Shown piece after piece: positions 34,382-44,651 of a stretch of DNA of 64,000 nt (the first letter of the stretch is position 1; every line of letters begins with the position of its first letter). The translations under genes and the position numbers were made by a program. The notes beneath the pieces are model-generated. The model made no database searches. It had not been told where the DNA came from and saw only the letters and a list, made by a program, of their open reading frames with translations. Source of the DNA: Planktothrix sp. GU0601_MAG3 (GTDB lineage: Bacteria; Cyanobacteriota; Cyanobacteriia; Cyanobacteriales; Microcoleaceae); contig CP136572.1 of the NCBI GenBank assembly GCA_035193785.1, positions 4,916,578 to 4,980,577 of the forward strand, read 5' to 3'.

Positions 34382-36430
34382 GTTTCAGTCCCGCAAGCGG
34401 GATTATTCTAATTGAAAGTGCCGCCTTCGCTATCGCGGTGGGGCCGTGGGCTGGGTTTCAGTCCCGCAAGCGGGATTATTTTTATTGAAACATCTTCATA
34501 TTCTCCTTCAGTTTCCACTGCCTCCCTCATAATGAGTTTCAGTCCCGCAAGCGGGATTATTTTTATTGAAACTTGAGAATGGAGTCTAGTTTGTCACTCT
34601 GGAAAACTTGGGGTTTCAGTCCCGCAAGCGGGATTATTTTTATTGAAACATTCAAGTTGCCGCCGACTTAAATTTAATGGGAAAGTTTCAGTCCCGCAAG
34701 CGGGATTATTTTTATTGAAACCAGCTAAGTGGAATTACTACTTTAAAACAAACGTTGATATGTTTCAGTCCCGCAAGCGGGATTATTTTTATTGAAACTT
34801 CTGGACTTATTTAATTCTGCTTCGCTCGATAAAGGTTTCAGTCCCGCAAGCGGGATTATTTTTATTGAAACAATCTAGTGAGGCTATTAATAATAATCAA
34901 TCCAAATGTTTCAGTCCCGCAAGCGGGATTATTTTTATTGAAACCACGCGACCCGTCACGCGACCTGTCACTCAATCCGTGTTTCAGTCCCGCAAGCGGG
35001 ATTATTTTTATTGAAACAAAAAACTTTAGTTCCGGGTCAATTTGGGATAGCGACGTTTCAGTCCCGCAAGCGGGATTATTTTTATTGAAACACAGAGTTA
35101 AACTGGAATTCAAAATCTAAAGATTGGAAGTTTCAGTCCCGCAAGCGGGATTATTTTTATTGAAACTCTCTAGGGTATCCCCCCAAGAGGTGGCCCTGTT
35201 GAGTTTCAGTCCCGCAAGCGGGATTATTTTTATTGAAACTTCCTCACGGTTTCCGTTGATCATCACTTGGTTAAATGTTTCAGTCCCGCAAGCGGGATTA
35301 TTTTTATTAAAACTCCAGCCGCGGATTACGAAAAAATCATTGATACATCGTTTCAGTCCCGCAAGCGGGATTATTTTTATTGAAACAAGAATATGTTCTC
35401 AATAATTCAGAAGATCCGAATAAACGTTTCAGTCCCGCAAGCGGGATTATTTTTATTGAAACGGAGCTAGGGTTTCCTTAGACTTAGCCATAATTAAAAA
35501 GTTTCAGTCCCGCAAGCGGGATTATTTTTATTGAAACAGTGATTAAATTAATTGGAACTAAACCCAAAGGAGAAGTTTCAGTCCCGCAAGCGGGATTATT
35601 TTTATTGAAACTATGGATTAATCACATTGTTGGAAATAATGTTTTAGGTATGTTTCAGTCCCGCAAGCGGGATTATTTTTATTGAAACTACTATTATTTT
35701 TGGAAGGTGGATCGGCAGTCCCAGGTTTCAGTCCCGCAAGCGGGATTATTTTTATTGAAACCATCAAATTATATCTAATGTCACAGGCATAATCATAGTT
35801 TCAGTCCCGCAAGCGGGATTATTTTTATTGAAACGGCCCGACCGCTATAGCAAAAGCGGCCGTTGCAAGAGGTTTCAGTCCCGCAAGCGGGATTATTTTT
35901 ATTGAAACCTCCGGCTATTGTTCCGGCGCCCACTAACCCTAACAGTTTCAGTCCCGCAAGCGGGATTATTTTTATTGAAACCGGGAGAACCGCCGCCCCG
36001 ATATTTTTCTATTTAATGTTTCAGTCCCGCAAGCGGGATTATTTTTATTGAAACTTTCCTCCTTAAAAGGGTTTAAAGATTTTCCAGAATTTGTTTCAGT
36101 CCCGCAAGCGGGATTATTTTTATTGAAACCATTTTATCAACCAGGATCTATTAGTGCGGGATCTGGTTTCAGTCCCGCAAGCGGGATTATTTTTATTGAA
36201 ACCAATCATTTTTACCTCCTTTTGTTTACTCGTTTGTTTCCGTTGTTTCAGTCCCGCAAGCGGGATTATTTTTATTGAAACTATTAAGCAAGACATCAAA
36301 GGGAACGACGGTAAATACTGTTTCAGTCCCGCAAGCGGGATTATTTTTATTGAAACTACTAGGTACTCTATCGTTTCGCTCATACCATTGCCAGTTTCAG
36401 TCCCGCAAGCGGGATTATTTTTATTGAAAC
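34382..36430 (-). CRISPR. CRISPR array of 28 repeats (37 bp; + strand GTTTCAGTCCCGCAAGCGGGATTATTTTTATTGAAAC) and 27 spacers; type I-D-like; no cas genes in the window
   Basis: Repeats counted from 34382 to 36394. The 34382 copy is degenerate (trailer end) and the 35277 copy has one variant base. Internal hairpin TCCCGC/GCGGGA. The minus strand ends GGGACTGAAAC, as cyanobacterial I-D repeats do. Confidence 0.98.
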
Positions 36431-36700
36431 TCTGCCGTTTGAAAGCCTGATGGGGCGGTGATTCTGGAGCCCATTTTCGTGAACCTCAAAAATTGCCTCA
36501 TTTGGGCCCTCGTTATTGCAACAGATTATCAATAACTAACCGGACTCAAAAATATAAACTATTGATTTGTCAAGGTTCTAGGGTTTTTCGTGAACCCCCC
36601 CAGGATTTCGCCCCCGCTTAGGTTCACGAAAATCATAATAAACCGAAACAATTTTCTTGTCAAGGGGAATCTTATATGATATTGCGATCGCCCCCCACCC
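36431..36700 (-). promoter_or_regulatory. Putative CRISPR leader
   Basis: Non-coding region next to the intact end of the array; TTTTCGTGAACC occurs twice directly and once inverted (GGTTCACGAAAA at 36621). Confidence 0.7.
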
Positions 36701-38854
36701 TTAACTTTTAACAATTGCCCCAAAATCCGCCAAAACCCGGGCATGATTTCTTAATAATCCCAATAAATTTAACCGATTACGTTGAATATTCGGATCATCA
36801 TCCATTACTAAAACACTTTCGGGGCCATCAAAAAAACCGCTCACCGTTGGGGTAATTTCTGCCAAGGCTTCCACCAATTGACGATAATTTCTGGTGGCTT
36901 GAGAGGCTTGGGTTTGGGGAACTAACTGTACTAAAGCCTGATAGAATTGCCGTTCTGAGGACTTTTGAAATAACTCAGGATTAACCGTCATTTCCGGTTG
37001 CAATTCTAGGGTGTTTAAATCCCCTTGTTTCGCCAAACGGGTCGAACGATTAACGGTTTCATAAATTTGGTTTAAACTGCCATCTTGCCGAATAGTTTGG
37101 AGGAATAAAGCCCGATCTCTAACGTCTAATAAATCCTTTAAAGCCCGTTCTTGATATTCCAGATCATTCTCTCCTAAAACCGCATTCACCAAATCATAAT
37201 CAATGGCTTTTTCATCCTGTAATAAGGTTCTAATTCGTTGCAGGAAAAAATCATATAATTCATGGTTTAATCCTAAAATTGCATTGGGAAAGGTATTAAC
37301 AAAATCCACCGCAATTTGTTTCAGAAGTTGATATAAATTTAGGGGTAAATCCGCCGCCCAAATAATATTAACCACCGCATTCGCCGCCCGACGCAAGGCA
37401 AAGGGATCGGAGGAACCCGTGGGTAACATTCCCAAACCAAAAATACTAACTAAAGTATCGAGTTTATCCGCTAAACCGACTACTTGACCGACTAGGGTTT
37501 GGGGTAAATTATCCGTAGCATTCCGGGGTAAATAATGTTCAAAAATTGCCGTTGCTACCGCTTCGGGTTCTCCCCCTGCCCTGGCATATTTTTCCCCCAT
37601 TATACCTTGTAATTCGGGAAATTCATAGACCATTTGGGTAACTAAATCCGCCTTAGATAATAACGCAGCCCGTTGAATTAAACTGCGGTCAGATTCACTA
37701 ATATTAAGTTGTTCACTGATCCAATTAGCAATTTTACCAATCCGATTCACCTTATCCCGAACTGAACCTAAATCCTCTTGAAAAGTCACCGCTTCTAGGG
37801 AGGGTAAATAGCTTTCTAAGGGATTTTTTAAATCGGATTGATAGAAAAACTGTCCATCGGCTAACCGTGCCCGAATTACCCTTTCATTTCCCGCCGCAAT
37901 TAGATCGGATTTCGCCGGATCTCCATTGGAAATCGTAATAAAATAGGGCTTTAAGGGCGATATATTTTTAGTTTCCTTTGTTAATACTGGAAAGTACCGT
38001 TGATGGGTCACCATGACGGTTTTAATCACCTCTGCGGGTAAATTCAAAAATTCCTGGTCAAAGGTTCCGACAACGGCCGTCGGCCATTCCACTAAATTAA
38101 CTACTTCTGCTAATAAATCTTCGGGAATTTCAGCCTCTCCCCCCACACTATTCGCCGCGATTTTAACTTCTTTTTGAATAGTCTGAATTCGTTCCTGGGG
38201 GTCAACTTGAACAAAGGCTTTTTTCAGGGATTCGGCATAGATTTCAGGGTGGGAAATAGTAATCGGTTCGGGATGTAAAACCCGATGTCCTTGGGAAATG
38301 CGATCGCTTGTAACTACCTCCGAACCACTAACTAAGGTAATCGGTAAAACCTGATTATCTAATAATGCAATTAACCAACGAATCGGCCGGGGAAACTTCA
38401 AATCCCCATCCCCCCAACGCATAAACCGTTTCCCTTCTAATTTGGTAATCCATTCTGATGTTAATTCGACTAAAATTTCCGCCGTTAATCGACCCGGAAT
38501 TTTCTTTAAAACAAAGACAAAATCTCCTTTGGAAGTGGGACGAATTTCTAAATCTTCTAAATTCACGCCCTGTTTTTTAATAAATCCTGTCGCCGCCGGA
38601 GTGGGTTTTCCATCTTTAAATGCTGTAGTCGCCGGAGGGCCCTTGATTTCTTCTTCCCGGTCGGGTTGGTGGCTAGGAAGTCCCTCAATTAAGACTGCTA
38701 ACCGTCGCGGTGTTCCCCAAACTTGAACCGACTCGACACTTAAAAACTGTTCTTTGAGACTAGCAGGAATTTTCTGTTTCCACTGTTGAATAGCGGTTTC
38801 AACAAAGGTGGCTGGTAATTCTTCTGTGCCCACTTCCAGTAAAAAACTAACCAT
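36701..38854 (-). CDS. glyS: Glycine--tRNA ligase beta subunit
   Basis: [32 protein letters not shown] and [10 protein letters not shown]. Confidence 0.97.
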   Translation of the reverse strand: MVSFLLEVGTEELPATFVETAIQQWKQKIPASLKEQFLSVESVQVWGTPRRLAVLIEGLPSHQPDREEEIKGPPATTAFKDGKPTPAATGFIKKQGVNLEDLEIRPTSKGDFVFVLKKIPGRLTAEILVELTSEWITKLEGKRFMRWGDGDLKFPRPIRWLIALLDNQVLPITLVSGSEVVTSDRISQGHRVLHPEPITISHPEIYAESLKKAFVQVDPQERIQTIQKEVKIAANSVGGEAEIPEDLLAEVVNLVEWPTAVVGTFDQEFLNLPAEVIKTVMVTHQRYFPVLTKETKNISPLKPYFITISNGDPAKSDLIAAGNERVIRARLADGQFFYQSDLKNPLESYLPSLEAVTFQEDLGSVRDKVNRIGKIANWISEQLNISESDRSLIQRAALLSKADLVTQMVYEFPELQGIMGEKYARAGGEPEAVATAIFEHYLPRNATDNLPQTLVGQVVGLADKLDTLVSIFGLGMLPTGSSDPFALRRAANAVVNIIWAADLPLNLYQLLKQIAVDFVNTFPNAILGLNHELYDFFLQRIRTLLQDEKAIDYDLVNAVLGENDLEYQERALKDLLDVRDRALFLQTIRQDGSLNQIYETVNRSTRLAKQGDLNTLELQPEMTVNPELFQKSSERQFYQALVQLVPQTQASQATRNYRQLVEALAEITPTVSGFFDGPESVLVMDDDPNIQRNRLNLLGLLRNHARVLADFGAIVKS

Positions 38855-38967
38855 AGGAAATTTTATAAAGAATGTTACTAAGACAATTAAGGTGACAAAT
38901 AATTACCATAGCAGGTTGGGGGGTCATTTCTCAAGGGTTAATCATTTTTTGAGAATTTTTAACCCCC

Positions 38968-38995
38968 GTGGAGACGCGCCATGGCACGTCTCTAC
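38968..38995. repeat. REP-like palindrome, exact reverse complement of 8444..8471
   Basis: GTGGAGACGCGCCATGGCACGTCTCTAC. Confidence 0.8.
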
Positions 38996-39014
38996 AGGAT
39001 TTTTGGAAGTATCT

Positions 39015-39674
39015 TTATTCCGTGGGTTCGATGCCGAAAGATCGCAATTGTTCGGCTAAACGTTCAGCCCGATTTTGTGCTTGTAATGCTGCTTCTTCTG
39101 GTGTCGGAATCAGATCACCTTCTAGGGTGAAATATCGGAGTTTTTCTTGATAAATACCCAAGAATAATCCTAACACTTGACTTTCTAATAATCCGGCAGC
39201 ATTGGGGATAATTTCTTGATATTCCTGTCCGACTAATTTGAAACCTGTTAGTTCTAAATCATCGGGAGAAAACCAGAAATATTCCTGGGTTCTAAATTGA
39301 TCTTGATATAAATTCTTTTTAGTCGTTTTATCGGTTTCTGCCGTTGAATTAGAGAGAAGTTCAATAATTAAATCGGGATATTTCCCTTCTTCTTCCCAAA
39401 CTACCCAGGATTTTCTCGGAAGTTTAGAGGTATTTTTCACTAGGAAAAAATCTGGCCCGCGAAAGTCTCGATTTCTCAGTTGTTGACGACTAAAATAGAT
39501 GGTTAAATTTGCCCCAATAAAATAATCTGTTCTATCTTTCCATAACCAATCTAAACAAGACACTAATAACGCTAACTGGAGATAGTGTAATGTACTTTCC
39601 ATTTCTACATACTCACTTTCAACTTGAGTACCATCGGGCATTAATGCCTCTAGTTGTTCTGCGGTAATTGACAT
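39015..39674 (-). CDS. Uma2-family endonuclease-like protein
   Basis: MESTLH, GPDFFLV, SWVVWEEEGKYPDLIIELLS and EYFWFSP. Confidence 0.9.
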   Translation of the reverse strand: MSITAEQLEALMPDGTQVESEYVEMESTLHYLQLALLVSCLDWLWKDRTDYFIGANLTIYFSRQQLRNRDFRGPDFFLVKNTSKLPRKSWVVWEEEGKYPDLIIELLSNSTAETDKTTKKNLYQDQFRTQEYFWFSPDDLELTGFKLVGQEYQEIIPNAAGLLESQVLGLFLGIYQEKLRYFTLEGDLIPTPEEAALQAQNRAERLAEQLRSFGIEPTE

Positions 39675-39721
39675 TTTTTTCCTCCTCATTTGAGGTTGGC
39701 TTAATTTATTATATCAAATTT

Positions 39722-41072
39722 TCAATGCTCAATCATTTGTTCTAAAGATTCTTGCAAATCCCTGGTTAAGTTAGCAACTGCTTGACGACGGTTTGTTTGA
39801 TAATCTGACCATTTTTGGGTGACAGAAATCGGTTTACCAATTGTTAATTTAGCGCGTTTTTTTCCTAAATAGGGACGTTTTAGGGGGGTTTCTCCCTTTA
39901 ACCGATTTACCATTGTCCAAACAATTAAAGTTGTTTCTGCGAAGCGATCAAAGGTGGGATTTTCTTTAATATAACTACCTGTTACCCCCACAAAACTTTC
40001 TACTAATCTCATATTCCACATTCGCAAACTGGCTTCGGTTGCCACCCGATCTGCTAATCCCAATTCTACCGCCGACCAGGTATCATTAGCCTTGAGATCA
40101 TAGCGATAAATACAATCCCAGCCCGCCTGTTCTAAGCGACGACAACGACTACTTAAATCTCCCATGGGTTTGAGATTAAAATATTCTTCAGCCACGGTTA
40201 GGGCAATATCTAATAATCGTTTAATTCTATCTGGAAAATCTATAGTTTCATCTTGGGGAATACTCCGATAATAGAATTGGCGATAAAAATTTTCCATTGT
40301 ATCTAATAGATAGTTTCCTAATCGAATTAAACGGCTATATAGAGACGCAACGGTTAATTCTGGGCTAGATAGGGGTAGGTTACAATCCCTTTCTAATTGG
40401 GAAATTAATTTTTCTAAATCTTCCCAATTGTCCTGAATATAAAAATACTGTATGCCAATGGGAACTAAATAAACATCTTCCGGTCGTGCAGCTTTTTTTA
40501 AATCTTCCACACACCAAAATCCTAATTGAGAAATTCCGGGTTTCTAAGGGACTAATATTTTGATTATGTCCATTGGTTGCTCCTTCCGGTGCGGCGGCTA
40601 AAGGAAATTGACCATTAATAAATAAATCCCGGGCTGAACGCAATCCTAAACGGTCAACTTTCCCCCTTAAAATTGGTGTTCCTCCTAATTTTGGAAATAG
40701 CCAAGAAACTAAGTTTCCTGCCCATAAAGGAATCCCTCGATCATACATAAAATGGGCATGAATTGGATTAGATAGGACAATTTCCTGTTGTTTTGCTGTC
40801 TCAGGAACAAATCGCCATAATAATTGACTAAGACAATAGGGATCATCCGTATTTGGATGACGAAAAGCCAATAAAAATCTAACTTTTCCGCTTTGAAATT
40901 GTTGATAAAGATTAACTAATCGTTCAATTTGTTCTATCTTAATTTCAACTAATGGGGTTTTCCATCTCATCCAAAAGGGCATCCCCCATTGGCAAACTTT
41001 TAACACTAAAGGATTAAAATGGGGCGGGATAAAATCTAGGGTGGGTTGTATATTTTTAATGATATTTACCAT
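39722..41072 (-). CDS. Phospholipid/glycerol acyltransferase; frameshift near 40540
   Basis: FRHPNTDD (HxxxxD), APEGATNG and VPIGIQY. Confidence 0.85.
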
Positions 41073-41531
41073 AAATTAGGGTTGAATCAATTTAATAAGT
41101 ATAGCAAGAGGCAATCTTGCTATAGGCAATCTTGCTATAGGTAAATACTTACTATGAGCAGCTTTTAGCTTTTAAGAATGTCCTAACAGATGTGGCAACT
41201 GCTATATTAAAGGGGATTGAACTTAATCTATTATTATAGCAATTTCTCAGGATTTTGTTGTAATATTTGATTCCAGGGATTTCGGATCAAACCTCTATTC
41301 TAGTTTGGGTTTGCAGGGACATCAATCCTAGATTTTTTGATAATTCCCGACCCTAAATTAAGTAAAAAGACTTATCATAGAACCCTTGAATTGTTCTGTC
41401 AAGTTATAAAATTTAACCACAATTCGTTACAATGACAACCAAACTTTAGCTCTAAAAACGGTTTGCTTTAAAAGGACAAATTATCAAGTTTTCACTTAGA
41501 AGGCAGGTAGAAAGGATGAAACCCCACCGAC

Positions 41532-42149
41532 TTGAATCAAGCATTTCAACATGGTTATTGTTTTCAAACTACCCTTGATCAGCATAGCGAGCAAGTTACC
41601 TATTCCGTCCATACCCTCGGTGAATTAGTTTTAACCTCTGGAAAAATTGCCGTTTGTGATCCTTTGGTTGTCCCTAATTCTCATCTGTGTTTGACTCAAA
41701 CTCTGGCCGCGGGTCGTTATCCGGTGAAACTGAGTATCGCTACATTCCATGACCAAAAAGAACAAAGGGTCGCCTATGCCATGTTAGTCATTCGGGATCA
41801 AGCTGCGGTGCGATGGGAATTGGTGCTATCTTCTCAAAGGGATCAAGAATCGGGTTATTCCGTCACTTCTGGGACAGGATGTTTTATGGATGGGGAAGGG
41901 GTCAAATACCTATCTTCCCTTTCTGATGGTGAGTTTGAAAGTTATTATAATCGTTTGGATCAGGCCTTAGATCAAAACTATCTTGATACCTGGGATTGGA
42001 CAAATTTCTGTTTCAATGAATCAACCGGATTGAATATTATTGCCTTTCATTCCGGTTGGGGAGAGGGTTGTTATCCCTCCTATTGGGGTTATGATTCCCA
42101 GGGAAATCCGGTCTGTTTAGTCACGGATTTTAGGCTTTGGGACTCGTGA
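41532..42149 (+). CDS. DUF4241-like protein
   Basis: LTSGKIAVCDP, SGTGCFMD and SGWGEGCYPSYWG...LVTDF. Confidence 0.75.
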   Translation: MNQAFQHGYCFQTTLDQHSEQVTYSVHTLGELVLTSGKIAVCDPLVVPNSHLCLTQTLAAGRYPVKLSIATFHDQKEQRVAYAMLVIRDQAAVRWELVLSSQRDQESGYSVTSGTGCFMDGEGVKYLSSLSDGEFESYYNRLDQALDQNYLDTWDWTNFCFNESTGLNIIAFHSGWGEGCYPSYWGYDSQGNPVCLVTDFRLWDS

Positions 42150-42687
42150 GGGGATCAACTACTTCCAATAGGGTTTGAATACTGGCATTGTAATCAAAAA
42201 AGGAAAACAAATGTTTATATTTCAAGATGCCCTTTTTGTCTAAGACAAACTGCCCAGGTAAGGGCGCCCCCAGGGCTTGTCCCACATGATATAACTGAAA
42301 AATGCCACAGCTTGGATTACTCAGCAATGGCATTTTCAACCCCAGATCTTTGACTACAATTTTGCTTTGGCGTTCATCGGTACTGGTAATCAGTAAAACT
42401 TCTATTCCCCTTTGCACAAAGGCTTCATAATTTTCATTCAGCGCTCTAACATGGGGATAACACCAGGGACAATATTGTTTTTCGGTAAAAATGCGCGTAA
42501 AGGCTAAAATTACTGGGCGATCGCCTCGAAATTGAGATAAACGCACTAATTGACCATTGGTAATATCGGGTAATTGAAAATCGGGGGTTTTCGACCCTAA
42601 CTGTAAATTGCTAGTGGCCGGGATCGGAAAAAAGTTATTCCAAAATCGACGATTAATTAAACCGGTAAAATCGTTAGAAGTCAGCAT
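42130..42687 (-). CDS. AhpC/TSA (peroxiredoxin-like redoxin) family protein
   Basis: PDFQLPD and YCPWC. Confidence 0.85.
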   Translation of the reverse strand: MLTSNDFTGLINRRFWNNFFPIPATSNLQLGSKTPDFQLPDITNGQLVRLSQFRGDRPVILAFTRIFTEKQYCPWCYPHVRALNENYEAFVQRGIEVLLITSTDERQSKIVVKDLGLKMPLLSNPSCGIFQLYHVGQALGAPLPGQFVLDKKGILKYKHLFSFFDYNASIQTLLEVVDPLTSPKA

Positions 42688-42799
42688 AATAGTTTGTTGT
42701 TTGTACTCATCTTAGTTTAAAACAATCTTACAAAATCAATGAAACCCGCCTTTACATCATGGTAAAAACGGGCTTTTAAATCCGGTCTAAAAGGTGATC

Positions 42800-43394
42800 C
42801 TAGACCGCAGCAAAGAATTCTTTAGATTTGACGGGATCGGGGATCATGGTTTTGTCGCCCGGTTGCCAACCCGCAGGACAGACTTCATCGGGATGAGCTT
42901 GAACATATTGCAGGGCTTGCAGTGTCCGCAGAGTCTCGTCCACGTTACGACCAAAGGCGAGGTTATTGATCGTGGAGTGTTGAATTACCCCTTCTTTGTC
43001 AATGATAAACAGACCGCGCAGAGCAATTCCGGCTTCAGGATCAAGCACGTTATAGGCAGTGCTGATTTCTTTTTTCAGGTCAGCCACCAGAGGATAGTTG
43101 AGGTCGCCCACACCACCAGATTTGCGATCGGATTGAATCCAAGCGAGGTGAGAAAAGGCGCTATCGACGGAAACCCCAAGAATTTGAGTATTGAGTTTGC
43201 TGAATTCTTCGGCGCGATCGCTAAAGGCCGTAATTTCAGTTGGGCAAACAAAGGTAAAGTCTAACGGGTAGAAGAACAGAAACCACATACTTACCCCGAT
43301 AGTCGGACAGGGAAATGTCTTTGAATTCTTGGTCAACAACGGCCGTTGCTTTAAAATCCGGGGCGACTTGGCCAACACGCAGGCTCTCAGCCAT
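42800..43394 (-). CDS. 2-Cys peroxiredoxin; 5' frameshifts
   Basis: Start [14 protein letters not shown] at 43394; [13 protein letters not shown] and EVCPAGW. Confidence 0.95.
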
Positions 43395-43794
43395 GAATAA
43401 TACTCCTTAAACTGACGATAGTATAGTTTCGTTGCAGAAAATCAGGACAATTTTGATCCCGATCGTCTGGCTATTTTACGATTTGTTACAAATATATCAT
43501 AGTCGAAATGAGTACAGTTAGACAAGACTAAGTTGTAGGATTTGAGCAAAGGGAAGTCCCAGGCCCCTCAGATGTCTGTCCCCCAGTACCGTTATATAGG
43601 GAACAGGGAATAGGGAACACCGGATCTGGGTAGAGGATTTGTAATTAATTTTGTTTAGGTACTTACATCATTACTTCATAAAAATTTTATATTTTGTTTG
43701 ACAAAAATAGAAATAACTCTGCCAAAATTCAGACTAAAAATGAAGGGTACAGATCAACTGCACCCTTTATTTTAGTAATTCTATATTTGGGCTA

Positions 43795-44028
43795 TTATCC
43801 AGCTTTTTTGTCAGTTCCCGGATGTTTTTTACTCTCTCGAAGTTGTTCCCACAAAGTTTCAATTTGCACATAAGATTCTTCTGCTGAAAGTTTTCCCCCG
43901 GTTTGCAGACAAACAATAAAGTCTACCTTTTTAGCAAATTCCTGCAAATTAGCATTAAACAAGATATTTTCAGGTGTAGCATTGCCGCGATAACGAGAAT
44001 CCCAATAAAAAGAACCTAGGTTGGTCAT
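43795..44028 (-). CDS. Small conserved cyanobacterial hypothetical protein
   Basis: YRG...PENILFNANLQEFA...LQTGGKLS motif. Confidence 0.75.
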   Translation of the reverse strand: MTNLGSFYWDSRYRGNATPENILFNANLQEFAKKVDFIVCLQTGGKLSAEESYVQIETLWEQLRESKKHPGTDKKAG

Positions 44029-44190
44029 TGGTCTCAGACTCCAGTTTACATCATGGTTTATTTTTACATAGAATGCCGGATTTTGAATCGGCTTACAAAG
44101 TATACTTTGATACTTTAATTATGGTTCCATCAATTCCATTCAGTGTTTGTTAAAAAGAATACAATTCTATTAACAACTATACAATTTACC

Positions 44191-44533
44191 TTAATCACAA
44201 TCTGAGTGAGAGGTGGGAATGGGACTCGAATGGTAATGCTCGGCTAAATAGGCTTCTAGGACACCAAACTGGCTGGGGTTTAGACGATAGTAAATCCAAC
44301 GTCCCTCTTGCCGACTGCCCAATAATCCAGCCTCCTTCAAGATTTTTAAGTGAAAAGATAGTTTAGACTGATTGACGGCTAACTGTTCGCAAAGTTCACA
44401 AACACACAATTCTTGTTCTCGTAACAGATTGATGACCTGCAAACGCAGAGGGTCAGATAGGGCATGAAAACCAGCCAGAACAGTTTTGACGGCGGGAAAC
44501 CGCAGAAACCTCTATCACAATGTTTGCAACCAT
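44191..44533 (-). CDS. ArsR/SmtB-family transcriptional regulator; 5' end uncertain or frameshifted
   Basis: FHALSDPLRLQV, ELCVCEL, SKLSFHLKIL and EGRWIYY. Confidence 0.88.
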
Positions 44534-44651
44534 CAACGCTCTCCTAAATCGCGGTCAATAGCTCTAGCTTATCATTTTATTTTCGTCACTTGTAAAGGGC
44601 GAAAAGAAAGGAGACACAAAGGTACTAATAAACGAAGATACCGGAGTAAGA

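Noticed and set aside
34862..36450. Short ORFs inside the CRISPR array
   Set aside because: They are translations of repeats and spacers (recurring VSVPQAGLFLLK).
10595..36691. Frequent GCGATCGC octamers (e.g. 10595, 11168, 13108, 14285, 26425, 36684)
   Set aside because: This is the well-known cyanobacterial HIP1 sequence; useful for taxonomy but not novel.
39015..39674. Uma2 nuclease as a cas-associated gene of the nearby array
   Set aside because: Uma2 genes are highly multicopy in cyanobacteria, and this one is separated from the array by glyS.
42794..43264. 156-aa plus-strand ORF
   Set aside because: Antisense to the highly conserved peroxiredoxin gene.
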